From: Solirubrobacterales bacterium
Lineage (GTDB): Bacteria; Actinomycetota; Thermoleophilia; Solirubrobacterales; 70-9
Assembly (NCBI GenBank): GCA_035310805.1
Contig: DATGDO010000245.1
Span: forward strand, 1 to 52,513
DNA length: 52,513 nucleotides
Direction: 5' to 3'
The position numbers and the translations under genes are program-made. Positions 44,874-52,513 of this stretch are shown piece by piece. The notes beneath the pieces were generated by a model, which did no database searches, was not told where the DNA came from, and worked only from the letters and a program-made list of their open reading frames with translations. Position 1 is the stretch's first letter. Every line of letters begins with the position of its first letter.

Positions 44874-45992
44874 TCAATCCGTTCCGCGGTACTCCGGATC
44901 GAAATAGACGCGCTTGCGCCAGGGCGGCGTGATCGCGAACGAGTACGAGCCGCGATCGGACAGCGGCTCCAGCGGGATCAGCCGGAGGCTGCCCCTCGGC
45001 GTCGTCCGGGCGCCGGGCCCGAAGAGCGCATTGCGCAGCCGGCTCGCCAGCAGCTCCTGTCGGTGGCGTTCGGCGGTCGGCCCGAGCGGGCCGCGCAGCC
45101 GCCCGGCGCGGAGCGCCAGCCGCTCGTAGGCCAGCAGGCCGGCGAGCTCTCGGCTCAGCGAGCCCCCGGCGGCGTGCCCGGCGTGGCTGCCGCCGGAGAC
45201 GTAGAGGGTCCCCTCCGAGGCGGTCCAGCCGCCCTCGCCCCGGAGGCCCAGGTGCTCGCCGGCGTCCCTCGCCTGGGTGGCGCCCGGGACCTTGCTCGCC
45301 GCGTCCGAGGCCCAGTCGAGGGCCGGATCGTTGGCGCCGTTGTAGCCGTTGTGGGAGCTGGCGCGGGCGTCGACGCTGCCGTCGGGGTTGATCCTCACGG
45401 CGTACGACTCCCAGTCGTCCGGGTGGTACCCGGCCGCGCCGACGACCGGCGCCCCCCGCGTGGTGGCGGAGTCCCCGTAGTAGGTCCAGTACTGGATGTA
45501 GACCCGGCCCCCGCGCTCGCCCGAGCAGTCATAGCCGCGGGCGGCGGCCCCCGCCACCTCGCGGCAGTCGATCACGTGGGTGAAGGCGGATGCGGCCTCA
45601 CCGGAGAGCGATCGGTTGACGCGGCCGCTGCCCGCCCCGTCGGAGCAGCTCGGCGAGCGGCAGGAGCGGAAGTCGACCGGCAGGGCGGTCATCCCCCGCT
45701 CGTAGACGATGCGGGGGGCGTTCCCGCGGACCGCGGCGGCCAGCTCGCCGTAGGCGTCGGCGAGCTGCGGGTCGCTGCGGCAGCCGTAGCCCAGCCTGAC
45801 CGCGCAGACCATGCGCTCGCCGATCGCTCGGGCAAGCGGCATGCCCGTCGGCCGCAGGCCGATCAGCCACCCCAGCGAGACGAGCGCCGCCGAGACGAGG
45901 GCGATCAGGGCGATCCACTCGACCGTCCCCTGACCCGATCCGGTTCGGCCACACGCGGATGAAGCTACGTGCCGCCCTGCACCCGAATGCAC
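44874..45992 (-). CDS. hypothetical membrane-anchored/secreted protein with prepilin/TadE-like N-terminal segment and Cys-rich, Vps62-like (tentative) body
   Basis: N-terminus ...GSGQGTVEWIALIALVSAALVSLGWL (G-x-x-VE-aromatic plus a hydrophobic helix). Body contains YIQYWTYYGD...GYHPDDWESYAVRI. Confidence 0.5.
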   Translation of the reverse strand: MHSGAGRHVASSACGRTGSGQGTVEWIALIALVSAALVSLGWLIGLRPTGMPLARAIGERMVCAVRLGYGCRSDPQLADAYGELAAAVRGNAPRIVYERGMTALPVDFRSCRSPSCSDGAGSGRVNRSLSGEAASAFTHVIDCREVAGAAARGYDCSGERGGRVYIQYWTYYGDSATTRGAPVVGAAGYHPDDWESYAVRINPDGSVDARASSHNGYNGANDPALDWASDAASKVPGATQARDAGEHLGLRGEGGWTASEGTLYVSGGSHAGHAAGGSLSRELAGLLAYERLALRAGRLRGPLGPTAERHRQELLASRLRNALFGPGARTTPRGSLRLIPLEPLSDRGSYSFAITPPWRKRVYFDPEYRGTD

Positions 45993-46049
45993 GCTGGGGT
46001 GACGAGAGCGTCAGTAAATCGGGGCCGAGGCCCGTGCTAGGGTCGCGCC

Positions 46050-46280
46050 GTGTCCGACGAGTTGCCGACGACGCACGAGCATCGCAGGGGCACGCGCTTC
46101 TGGGTCACGATCGTCGCGATCGTCGTCGCCGCCGTCTTCATCCTGCAGAACTCACAGCACGTGGACGTGAAGTTCTTCTTCTCGACCACCAACATCCCGC
46201 TGATCTTCGCCCTGCTGCTGGCGGCCGTTCTCGGATTCATCATCGGGCTCGCACTGCCGCGCTTCCGCGGCCGCGACTGA
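46050..46280 (+). CDS. small LapA/DUF1049-like two-TM membrane protein
   Basis: 76 aa: two TM helices flanking NSQHVDVKFFFST. GTG start. Confidence 0.55.
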   Translation: MSDELPTTHEHRRGTRFWVTIVAIVVAAVFILQNSQHVDVKFFFSTTNIPLIFALLLAAVLGFIIGLALPRFRGRD

Positions 46281-46289
46281 TCCTGGGCG

Positions 46290-46331
46290 CGCGCCAGCCG
46301 GCGCGACCCGTCAGCCGTCAGTCTGGCTGAC
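46290..46331. terminator. two GC-rich hairpins between convergent genes (candidate bidirectional terminator region)
   Basis: CGCGCC-agcc-GGCGCG (46290-46305) and GTCAGCC-gtcagtct-GGCTGAC (46310-46331). There are no clear U-tracts. Confidence 0.3.
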
Positions 46332-46335
46332 CGGG

Positions 46336-47748
46336 CTAGAGCTCCTCGACCTGCGCGGCGATCTCGGAGGCGGCGCCCTTGGCGTCGCTGAACAGCATCG
46401 AGGTCTTGTCCTCATAGAAGAGGTCGTTGTCGATGCCGGCGAAGCCCGGGCTGAGGCTCCGCTTGATGACGATCACCTCCTTGGCCTGGTCGACCTCGAT
46501 GATCGGCATGCCGGCGATCGGAGAGTCGGGATCGTCCTTGGCGGCCGGGTTGGTGACGTCGTTCGCGCCGATCACGACCGCCACGTCGGTGCGCGGCATC
46601 TCCGGGTTGATCTCGTCCATCTCCTTGAGCTGCTCGTAGGGGACGTCGGCCTCGGCGAGCAGGACGTTCATGTGTCCCGGCATCCGGCCGGCCACCGGAT
46701 GGATCGCGTAGTTGACCTCGACGCCGCGCTTCTGGAGCTCGTCGGCTAGCTCCTTGACCGCGTGCTGGGCCTGGGCAACCGCCATCCCGTAGCCGGGGAC
46801 GAAGACGACCGAGTCCGCGTAGCCGAGCTTGATGGCGGCGTCCTCGGCGCCGATCGAGTGGACGGGGCGCTCCTCGATCTCGCCCGCCCCGGCGCTGACG
46901 GCGCCGAACCCGGAGAAGAGCAGGTTGCCGATCGAGCGGTTCATCGCTCGGCTCATCTCGAGGGTGAGGATCGTTCCCGAGGAGCCGACCAACGTGCCCG
47001 CGACGATCAGGACCACGTTGTCGAGGGCGAACCCGGCCGCGGCGGCCGCAAGGCCGGTGAAGGCGTTGAGCAATGAGATCACCACCGGCATGTCGGCGCC
47101 GCCGATCGGCAGGACGAAGAGGTTGCCGAGCACAGCGGCGGCGATCAGGACGCCGATGTAGAGGCCCTCCGACGGGGAGTCGTGGTCGATGCCGAGCACG
47201 ATGCAGCCCGCCAGGATGGCCGCCAGCAGGAGGCCGTTGAAGATGTGCTGGCCGCGGAACTGGATCGGGCGGCTGGGCAGGATCGCCTGGAGCTTGCCGA
47301 AGGCGATGTTCGACCCCCAGAAGGAAACCGAGCCGATCACGGTGGAGAAGAGGATCGGGACGAAGACGTCGAGCGGGATGCTGGCCCCGCCGGCGCTCGC
47401 GTGACGGAACTCCGACCAGGAGATCAGCGCCGCCGCCCCGCCGCCGACGCCGTTGTAGAGCGCCACCATCTGCGGCATCTGCGTCATCTGCACCCGGATC
47501 GAGGCGATCGCGCCGACGGCGGTCCCGAGCAGGATTCCGACCAGGATCAGGGCGCCGTTCCCGATCACGTCCAGCGAGAGGGTGATCGCGACCGCGATCG
47601 CCATCCCGCCCGCGGCGATCAGGTTGCCGCGCCGCGCGGTGCGGGGATGGGTCCCCTGCCGGATCCCGAAGATGAACAGGGAGAAGGCGACGATGTAGCA
47701 GACGGTGACGAAGTCGCTGTTCGGCGACAGCGCGGCGACCGGGATCAC
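46336..47748 (-). CDS. pntB: NAD(P) transhydrogenase subunit beta
   Basis: 470 aa with a polytopic N-domain and a C-terminal NADP(H) domain (VPGYGMAVAQAQH, HPVAGRMPGHMNVLLAEA, VIGANDVTNPAA). Confidence 0.9.
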   Translation of the reverse strand: MIPVAALSPNSDFVTVCYIVAFSLFIFGIRQGTHPRTARRGNLIAAGGMAIAVAITLSLDVIGNGALILVGILLGTAVGAIASIRVQMTQMPQMVALYNGVGGGAAALISWSEFRHASAGGASIPLDVFVPILFSTVIGSVSFWGSNIAFGKLQAILPSRPIQFRGQHIFNGLLLAAILAGCIVLGIDHDSPSEGLYIGVLIAAAVLGNLFVLPIGGADMPVVISLLNAFTGLAAAAAGFALDNVVLIVAGTLVGSSGTILTLEMSRAMNRSIGNLLFSGFGAVSAGAGEIEERPVHSIGAEDAAIKLGYADSVVFVPGYGMAVAQAQHAVKELADELQKRGVEVNYAIHPVAGRMPGHMNVLLAEADVPYEQLKEMDEINPEMPRTDVAVVIGANDVTNPAAKDDPDSPIAGMPIIEVDQAKEVIVIKRSLSPGFAGIDNDLFYEDKTSMLFSDAKGAASEIAAQVEEL

Positions 47749-47750
47749 GC

Positions 47751-48107
47751 TCAGGCGTCCTTTCCCTCAGCCGAAGCCGGCCCCGGAAGCGAAGCTGAGG
47801 AGCCGGCGTCCAGTTCTGGCTTCGGCTTGCGGTCGCGGCCGCGGAACATGCCGAGCATCCGGTCCGTGACCATGAACCCGCCGACGATGTTGATCGTCCC
47901 GAAGGCGATCGCGATCGTGCCGATCACCTTCTCCAGCGAGTCGTCGGCGGCGCCGATCACGATCAGCCCGCCGAGCATGACGATGCCGTGGATCGCATTC
48001 GTCTGCGACATCAGCGGGGTGTGGAGGGTCGTCGGGACCTTCGAGATCACCTCGAAGCCGACGAACGCGGCCAGGACGAAGATCGTGATCTCGGTGATCA
48101 GACTCAT
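47751..48107 (-). CDS. pntAB: NAD(P) transhydrogenase subunit alpha part 2 (membrane)
   Basis: Three TM helices (LHTPLMSQTNAIHGIV). It sits between pntAA and pntB, and its ATG overlaps the pntAA stop (ATGA). Confidence 0.85.
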   Translation of the reverse strand: MSLITEITIFVLAAFVGFEVISKVPTTLHTPLMSQTNAIHGIVMLGGLIVIGAADDSLEKVIGTIAIAFGTINIVGGFMVTDRMLGMFRGRDRKPKPELDAGSSASLPGPASAEGKDA

Positions 48108-49255
48108 TGACTGGACTCCTCTCCGCCGCCGGATGCGGTGCCCGCGGCCTGCTTGGCTCTCTCGTTGACGATCTCGCCGTCCTTGGTCAGGCAGGCGCCG
48201 GCGATGATCTCGTCCTCGGTGTCGATCCCGAGGTTGCCCTCGTCGTCGACGATCAGCTCGATCAGGTTCTGAAGGTTCTTGGCATAGAGGGCCGAGGCGT
48301 TTCCGGCCATCTCGCTCGGCAGGTTCGCCGGGCCGATGATCTTCACCCCGTCCTCCTCGACGGTCTCGCCCGGCACAGACCCCTCGACGTTGCCGCCGGT
48401 CTCGGCGGCGAGGTCGATGATCACCGAGCCGGGCGCCATGCTGCGCACCGCGTCCGCGGTGATCAGGCGGGGCGCGGGCCGGCCGGGGATCTGGGCCGTC
48501 GTGATGATCACGTCCTGCCGCTTGGCCGCCTCCGCAAGCTCCTCGCGAAGGCGTTCGTTCTCCTCCTCTGTCAGCGGCCTGGCGTAGCCGCCCTCGCCCT
48601 CGGCGTCCTTGACCGCCTCGACCTCGAGGAAGCGGCCGCCGAGCGACTGGACCTGCTCCTTGACGACGGATCGCACGTCGAAGCCCGTGACCACGCTGCC
48701 CAGCCGCTTGGCCGTTGCGATCGCCTGCAGGCCGGCGACTCCGGCGCCGAGGACGAGGACCTTGGCGGGTGGGATCGTCCCGGCCGCCGTGGTCATCATC
48801 GGGAAGAGCCTTCCGGACTCGCGCGCGGCGATCAGGACGGACATGTAGCCGCCCAGGTTCGCCTGGGAGGAGAGCGCGTCCATCGACTGGGCTCGCGTGA
48901 TCCGCGGGATCGACTCCATCGCGAAGCTGGTCACGCCCTGATCGGCGAGCGAGCGCGCGAGCGCGCCGTTGGTGAGCGGCTGCAGGAAGCCGATCAGGAC
49001 CTGGCCCTGCTTGAGGCGGCCGACCTCCTCGTCGGTCGGCGGTGTCACCTTGAGGACGACGTCGGCGCCCCAGACGTCGTCGCCGACCTTGGCCCCGGCG
49101 TCGGTGTACTCCGAGTCTGGATGCGAGGCGCCCTCACCCGCGCCCGGCTCGATCGCGACCTCGATCTTCTTCGCGACCAGCGCCTTGACCACGTCGGGAA
49201 CGAGCGCCACGCGGCGCTCTCCCTCTGCGGTCTCCTTTGGAACTCCGATCTTCAT
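48104..49255 (-). CDS. pntAA: NAD(P) transhydrogenase subunit alpha part 1
   Basis: MKIGVPKETAEGERRVALVP and the Rossmann motif VLVLGAGVAGLQAI. Alanine-dehydrogenase-like fold. Confidence 0.9.
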   Translation of the reverse strand: MKIGVPKETAEGERRVALVPDVVKALVAKKIEVAIEPGAGEGASHPDSEYTDAGAKVGDDVWGADVVLKVTPPTDEEVGRLKQGQVLIGFLQPLTNGALARSLADQGVTSFAMESIPRITRAQSMDALSSQANLGGYMSVLIAARESGRLFPMMTTAAGTIPPAKVLVLGAGVAGLQAIATAKRLGSVVTGFDVRSVVKEQVQSLGGRFLEVEAVKDAEGEGGYARPLTEEENERLREELAEAAKRQDVIITTAQIPGRPAPRLITADAVRSMAPGSVIIDLAAETGGNVEGSVPGETVEEDGVKIIGPANLPSEMAGNASALYAKNLQNLIELIVDDEGNLGIDTEDEIIAGACLTKDGEIVNERAKQAAGTASGGGEESSQ

Positions 49256-49265
49256 CCGGATGGCT

Positions 49266-49293
49266 CACTCCCAGCGGGCCCACTCCCAGCGGG
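49266..49293. repeat. tandem direct repeat CACTCCCAGCGGG x2 (15-nt period) immediately upstream of the pntAA start
   Basis: Exact 13-mers at 49266-49278 and 49281-49293. On the coding strand each copy contains a GGGAG Shine-Dalgarno-like core. Confidence 0.5.
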
Positions 49294-49310
49294 GATGGAG
49301 ACGCGGCAAT

Positions 49311-49739
49311 CTAGTCGGTTTCGGCCTCCGACCACTCCGGCAGGCTGGCTGCCTCGAGGGCATCGTCTCGTGTCGCGAAGAACCCGACCCGGCTGATCCT
49401 CCTGTCGCGGACGCGGTAGAGGTAGGCGTTTTCGCCGCTCACCGGCGCTCCGCTCAGCCGGCCGCGCCCACCGTGCGTGGCGAACAGGAAGACCACACCG
49501 CCGAGCTCGCGAGCCTCCTTGATCTCGAAGCGATAGTCGCGGTCGAATGTGCGAAACCAGTCGCCGAACCACTCCCCCACCGCCTGCTTGCCCTCGTAGA
49601 TCCCCGGGTTCTGGAGATTCTCCACCTGGGGCACGACCAGTACCACGTCCTCGGCGTAGTGATCCATCGCGCGCCCGAAGTCGCGCTCATTGACCGCCTC
49701 GAACTGATCGATGACCACGTCGACGTCGGCCTGCGACAC
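49311..49739 (-). CDS. SnoaL/NTF2-like fold protein
   Basis: VDVVIDQFEAVNERDFGRAMDHYAEDVVLVVP...GKQAVGEWF pattern. GTG 49739 was chosen (TTG 49745 is the alternative). Confidence 0.55.
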   Translation of the reverse strand: MSQADVDVVIDQFEAVNERDFGRAMDHYAEDVVLVVPQVENLQNPGIYEGKQAVGEWFGDWFRTFDRDYRFEIKEARELGGVVFLFATHGGRGRLSGAPVSGENAYLYRVRDRRISRVGFFATRDDALEAASLPEWSEAETD

Positions 49740-49747
49740 GGGCAATG

Positions 49748-50191
49748 TCAGCTGCGACGCCTGGCTCGCACCAGGAAGTCGATCTGGTCCTGCTTGCGCA
49801 TGATCACGTGCTCGAGCATGTGCTCCAGCGCCTCCGAGCGGCCCTCGCGCCCGGTCGGCTCGATCGCGGCCTGGAGCGTCTCCACGGCCTCGGACTCCGA
49901 CTCGACCAGCCAGTCCACCGCGCCGTCGGGCTCGCCTGTCCACTGAAGCGGCGCAACCTCGATCGTCGGCTCGCCGCCCAGCGCGACGATCTTCTCCACC
50001 AGCTTGCGGCCGTCCGCAAGCTCGGCCAGCGCGTACTCCCAGAGGCGGTCGCCGAGCGCCTGGAACTCGAAGCCGAAGAGGCTGCCCGAGCTCAGCATGT
50101 ACTGGTGCGCCGCGCGGTACTGGAGCTTGAGCGCGTCGTTGAGGCGGATGATCGCCTCCTCGACGTCGAGCTTCTCCTCCGAGTCCCCCAT
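49748..50191 (-). CDS. ferritin-like four-helix-bundle protein
   Basis: Paired E...ExxH-like motifs (YALAELADGRKLVEKI ; SEALEHMLEHVI), 147 aa. Confidence 0.55.
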   Translation of the reverse strand: MGDSEEKLDVEEAIIRLNDALKLQYRAAHQYMLSSGSLFGFEFQALGDRLWEYALAELADGRKLVEKIVALGGEPTIEVAPLQWTGEPDGAVDWLVESESEAVETLQAAIEPTGREGRSEALEHMLEHVIMRKQDQIDFLVRARRRS

Positions 50192-50194
50192 GCC

Positions 50195-51280
50195 TCAGGC
50201 CGGAGAGCCGGCGCCGACCATCTCGGCGAGCCGCTCGAGCGTGCGGGTGTTCTCCTCGGCGTTGCCGTGCATCGGCGAGACGATCATCCGATCGACGCCG
50301 GCGTCGGAGAAGCGCTTGACGCGCTCCGCGATCTCGTCCTCGGTGCCGATCATCGCGGTTGCGTCGACGAGCTCGTCGGGGATGGCGGCGTATGCCTGCT
50401 CCCGCTTGCCGTCGAGGTAGAGCGACTGGACTTCGTCCGCGACCTCGGCGAAGCCGAAGCGCCGGGTCAGGTCGGCGTAGAAGTTCGTCTTCTTCGAGCC
50501 CATGCCCCCGAGGTAGAGCAGCAGGCCGGCCTTGACCAGGCCGCGGGCCGCGTCCAGGTCGCCGTCGATCGCCACCTGGACCGATGGGGAGACCTGGAAG
50601 TCCTCGCGGGTCCTGCCGCCCTTGGACAGGCCGGCCTCGATGTGCTCGCCCCAGGCCTCCTGCCAGGCCTCGACCGAGAAGAAGATGGGGATCCAGCCTT
50701 CGGCGATCTCGGCCGCGAGCTCGACCGACTTCCTGCCGATCGCCCCGAGGTAGACGGGGATCTCGTTCCGAATCGGGTGGACGTTGAGCTTCAGGGCCTT
50801 GCCCTGGCCGGTGACGCCCTCGCCCTCCCTCAGCGGCAGCTTGAAGTGCTTGCCCTCGTACTCCAGGCGACCCTCCCGCGCGACGATCTGCCTGACGATC
50901 TCTACGTACTCGCGGGTGCGGCCCCACGGCTTCTCGTAGGGGACGCCGTACCAGCCCTCGGAGACCTGCGGCCCGGAGGGACCGAAGCCGAAGATGAAGC
51001 GGCCGCCGGAGAGCGCGTCGATCGTCACCCCGGCCATCGCGGCGGCGGCCGGCTGGCGAGCCGGGACCTGGAGGATCGCGGCGCCGAGCTGAATCGTCTC
51101 CGTCTTCGCCGCCAGGTAGGCCAGCACGCTGACGGCGTCGGATCCATAGGACTCGGCCGACCAGACGGAGTCGAATCCGGCGCGCTCGGCGGCGAGCACG
51201 ATCTCAGTCGCCTCGTCGCCCTGGGGGCCGATCCCCCAGTAGCCGAGGTTCAGTCCGAGCTTCAAACCCATGCGCGGCAA
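50195..51280 (-). CDS. LLM-class F420/flavin-dependent oxidoreductase
   Basis: 361 aa with LLM pattern (LGLNLGYWG, FDSVWSAESYGSDA, GRFIFGFGPSGPQVSEGWYG). Confidence 0.75.
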   Translation of the reverse strand: MPRMGLKLGLNLGYWGIGPQGDEATEIVLAAERAGFDSVWSAESYGSDAVSVLAYLAAKTETIQLGAAILQVPARQPAAAAMAGVTIDALSGGRFIFGFGPSGPQVSEGWYGVPYEKPWGRTREYVEIVRQIVAREGRLEYEGKHFKLPLREGEGVTGQGKALKLNVHPIRNEIPVYLGAIGRKSVELAAEIAEGWIPIFFSVEAWQEAWGEHIEAGLSKGGRTREDFQVSPSVQVAIDGDLDAARGLVKAGLLLYLGGMGSKKTNFYADLTRRFGFAEVADEVQSLYLDGKREQAYAAIPDELVDATAMIGTEDEIAERVKRFSDAGVDRMIVSPMHGNAEENTRTLERLAEMVGAGSPA

Positions 51281-51366
51281 CCCTAGTGATTCCTCACCCC
51301 TTCCGGGGTGGAGACTCCGCCTGCCGCCTAGAGCTTGCGGATTGCTTGCGCTAGGATGGGATCACG

Positions 51367-51696
51367 ATGAGTCCCGTCCTCACTCCCACCCTGCTCGACC
51401 CGATCGCCGAGACCCTGGAGCTCTCGGAGACCGAGCTGGGTCGCCTCTTCGGCGTCAGCCGCCAGGCGGTCGGGCAATGGCGCGAGCGCGGGGTGCCGTC
51501 GAGCCGGATGGCGAAGGTGGCGACCGTCGCCGCGATCTGCGACCTGCTCCATCACCGGCTGAAGCCGGAGCGCATCCCGGGCATCGCCCGGCGCCCGGCC
51601 GATGCGTACGGCGGCGTCTCGATGCTCGAGATGATCGAAGGCGACCGCCAGGACGAGCTCCAGACGCTGATCCGGCGCTCGTTCGACTGGGCCTGA
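51367..51696 (+). CDS. Xre/MbcA/ParS-type antitoxin (HTH + DUF2384 toxin-binding domain)
   Basis: HTH LSETELGRLFGVSRQAVGQWRERG, and a C-terminal DUF2384-like ADAYGGVSMLEMIEGDRQDEL. Located upstream of a RES-domain gene. Confidence 0.8.
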   Translation: MSPVLTPTLLDPIAETLELSETELGRLFGVSRQAVGQWRERGVPSSRMAKVATVAAICDLLHHRLKPERIPGIARRPADAYGGVSMLEMIEGDRQDELQTLIRRSFDWA

Positions 51697-51766
51697 TGCG
51701 AGGGTCAGGCGAGGGCGCTCCGTCAGGAGTGACCCGTCTCTTGAGGCGCGACCGGTGTAGCGGGGC

Positions 51767-52333
51767 ATGAGGACGATCCGGCGGGGCGGGCCCTACCTGC
51801 GGGTGGCGGACCCCGACTGGCGGGACCCGCTCGACGGGCGCCATGCGGCCCAGCGCGGCGGCCGCTGGAATCCGCCTGAGTCGTTTCCCGTCGTCTACCT
51901 CTGCCGGACCGTCGCGGTGGCGCGCGCCAACGTCTATCGGCTGCTGGAGAGGCAGCCCTACGGCCCTGAGGACCTGCGGCCCGAATCCGCCCCGGTCCTG
52001 GTGCGGACGACGGTGCCCGAGGACCGCTACCTGAACGTGGTCACGGACGCCGGCTGCCGCGACGCCGGGCTGCCCAGGACCTACCCCTATGACAGCCGCC
52101 GCCGAATCGTGTCCCAGCGCCGCTGCCAGCCGATCGGGCTTCGGGCATGGGAGGCGGGGCTGCCGGGCGTCGCGGCGCGCAGCGCAGCGCCGCCTGATGC
52201 GAGGGCGCTCCGCAGGCGAAGCCGGGGAGCGACCCGTTTCATCTTCGAGGAGGAGCTCGCCTACTTCGGCCGCCGGCGCCTGCGGCGGGGAGCCGTGCGC
52301 CCCTTCGAGCGATGGTTCTGGGACCCCCCATGA
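51767..52333 (+). CDS. RES-domain toxin (MbcT/ParT-like NAD+-targeting enzyme)
   Basis: GGRWNPPESFPVVYLC (the R of RES), then a downstream E (RLLERQ/PEDL region) and S (AARSAA) context. 188 aa. An in-frame stop sits 9 nt upstream of the ATG. Confidence 0.75.
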   Translation: MRTIRRGGPYLRVADPDWRDPLDGRHAAQRGGRWNPPESFPVVYLCRTVAVARANVYRLLERQPYGPEDLRPESAPVLVRTTVPEDRYLNVVTDAGCRDAGLPRTYPYDSRRRIVSQRRCQPIGLRAWEAGLPGVAARSAAPPDARALRRRSRGATRFIFEEELAYFGRRRLRRGAVRPFERWFWDPP

Positions 52334-52373
52334 CACCGGGTCAAGACGGGGTCGCTTCGCTAACAATGGAGCG

Positions 52374-52513
52374 GTGACCGACCAGCGTCATCCAGGAGGG
52401 CTCTCGGAAAAGGAGGCGGCGAAGCGCCTGCGCCAGCTCGGCCCGCTCGAGGACCGGACCAGCCGCTCGGTGGCGAGCATCGTCGCGGGCAACGTCTTCA
52501 CCCTCTTCAACCT
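52374..52513 (+). CDS. 5' end of a P-type cation-transporting ATPase (partial, runs off the window)
   Basis: N-terminal motif GLSEKEAAKRLRQLGPL...SVASIVAGNVFTLFN. GTG 52374. Confidence 0.45.
   Translation, partial: MTDQRHPGGLSEKEAAKRLRQLGPLEDRTSRSVASIVAGNVFTLFN

Noticed and set aside
49740-50927. Upstream part of the 538-aa minus-strand ORF ending at 49311
   Set aside because: It overlaps the ferritin-like and LLM genes in a different frame and is Arg/Gly/Pro-rich. Only the last ~142 codons (SnoaL-like) look genuine.

Overview
Very GC-rich (about 70% by eye), densely packed chromosomal segment that looks like Actinomycetota (the lineage is inference). The lineage call rests on ergothioneine genes, luciferase-like (F420-type) oxidoreductases, an MGLP-like polysaccharide locus, a DipZ-like protein, an ArsA-like pair and an HrdB-like principal sigma factor. 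I support about 55 CDS. I saw no rRNA, tRNA, CRISPR array, transposase or integrase. Gene content from left to right:
- ECF sigma/anti-sigma pair with a divergent mini-lipoprotein.
- Split B12-dependent acyl-CoA mutase (IcmA/IcmB-like), with thiolase, acyl-CoA dehydrogenase and MeaB nearby.
- PepA and an HxlR regulator.
- Five-gene locus syntenic with the mycobacterial methylglucose-lipopolysaccharide (MGLP) cluster.
- Cys-less DksA/TraR-like protein.
- MprF/DUF2156 aminoacyl-lipid synthase coupled to an esterase, plus an inverted esterase paralog.
- DipZ-like protein, class III adenylate cyclase and GGT.
- ftsZ translationally coupled to an orphan parA-like gene, divergent from an ArsA-like ATPase pair.
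- Principal sigma factor, glpX, egtB-egtD, pntAA-pntAB-pntB and two LLM oxidoreductases.
- RES/Xre toxin-antitoxin pair and the 5' end of a P-type ATPase.

The strongest candidate for something new is the parA-ftsZ module. This FtsZ carries about 150 extra N-terminal residues: a ParB-like basic peptide followed by a PEPVPEPTPE-type proline linker. Its start codon lies inside the 3' end of a ParA-family ATPase gene, and the gene is outside any dcw context.

Other notable points:
- egtB has a conserved N-terminus, including an iron-ligand His, with no ATG/GTG/TTG start available.
- A promoter-plus-intrinsic-terminator pair sits in the leader of the principal sigma gene (sRNA or attenuator).
- An imperfect ~55-nt repeat is shared between the TA intergenic region and the inside of the RES toxin gene.

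All homology statements come from reading the translations, not from database searches.
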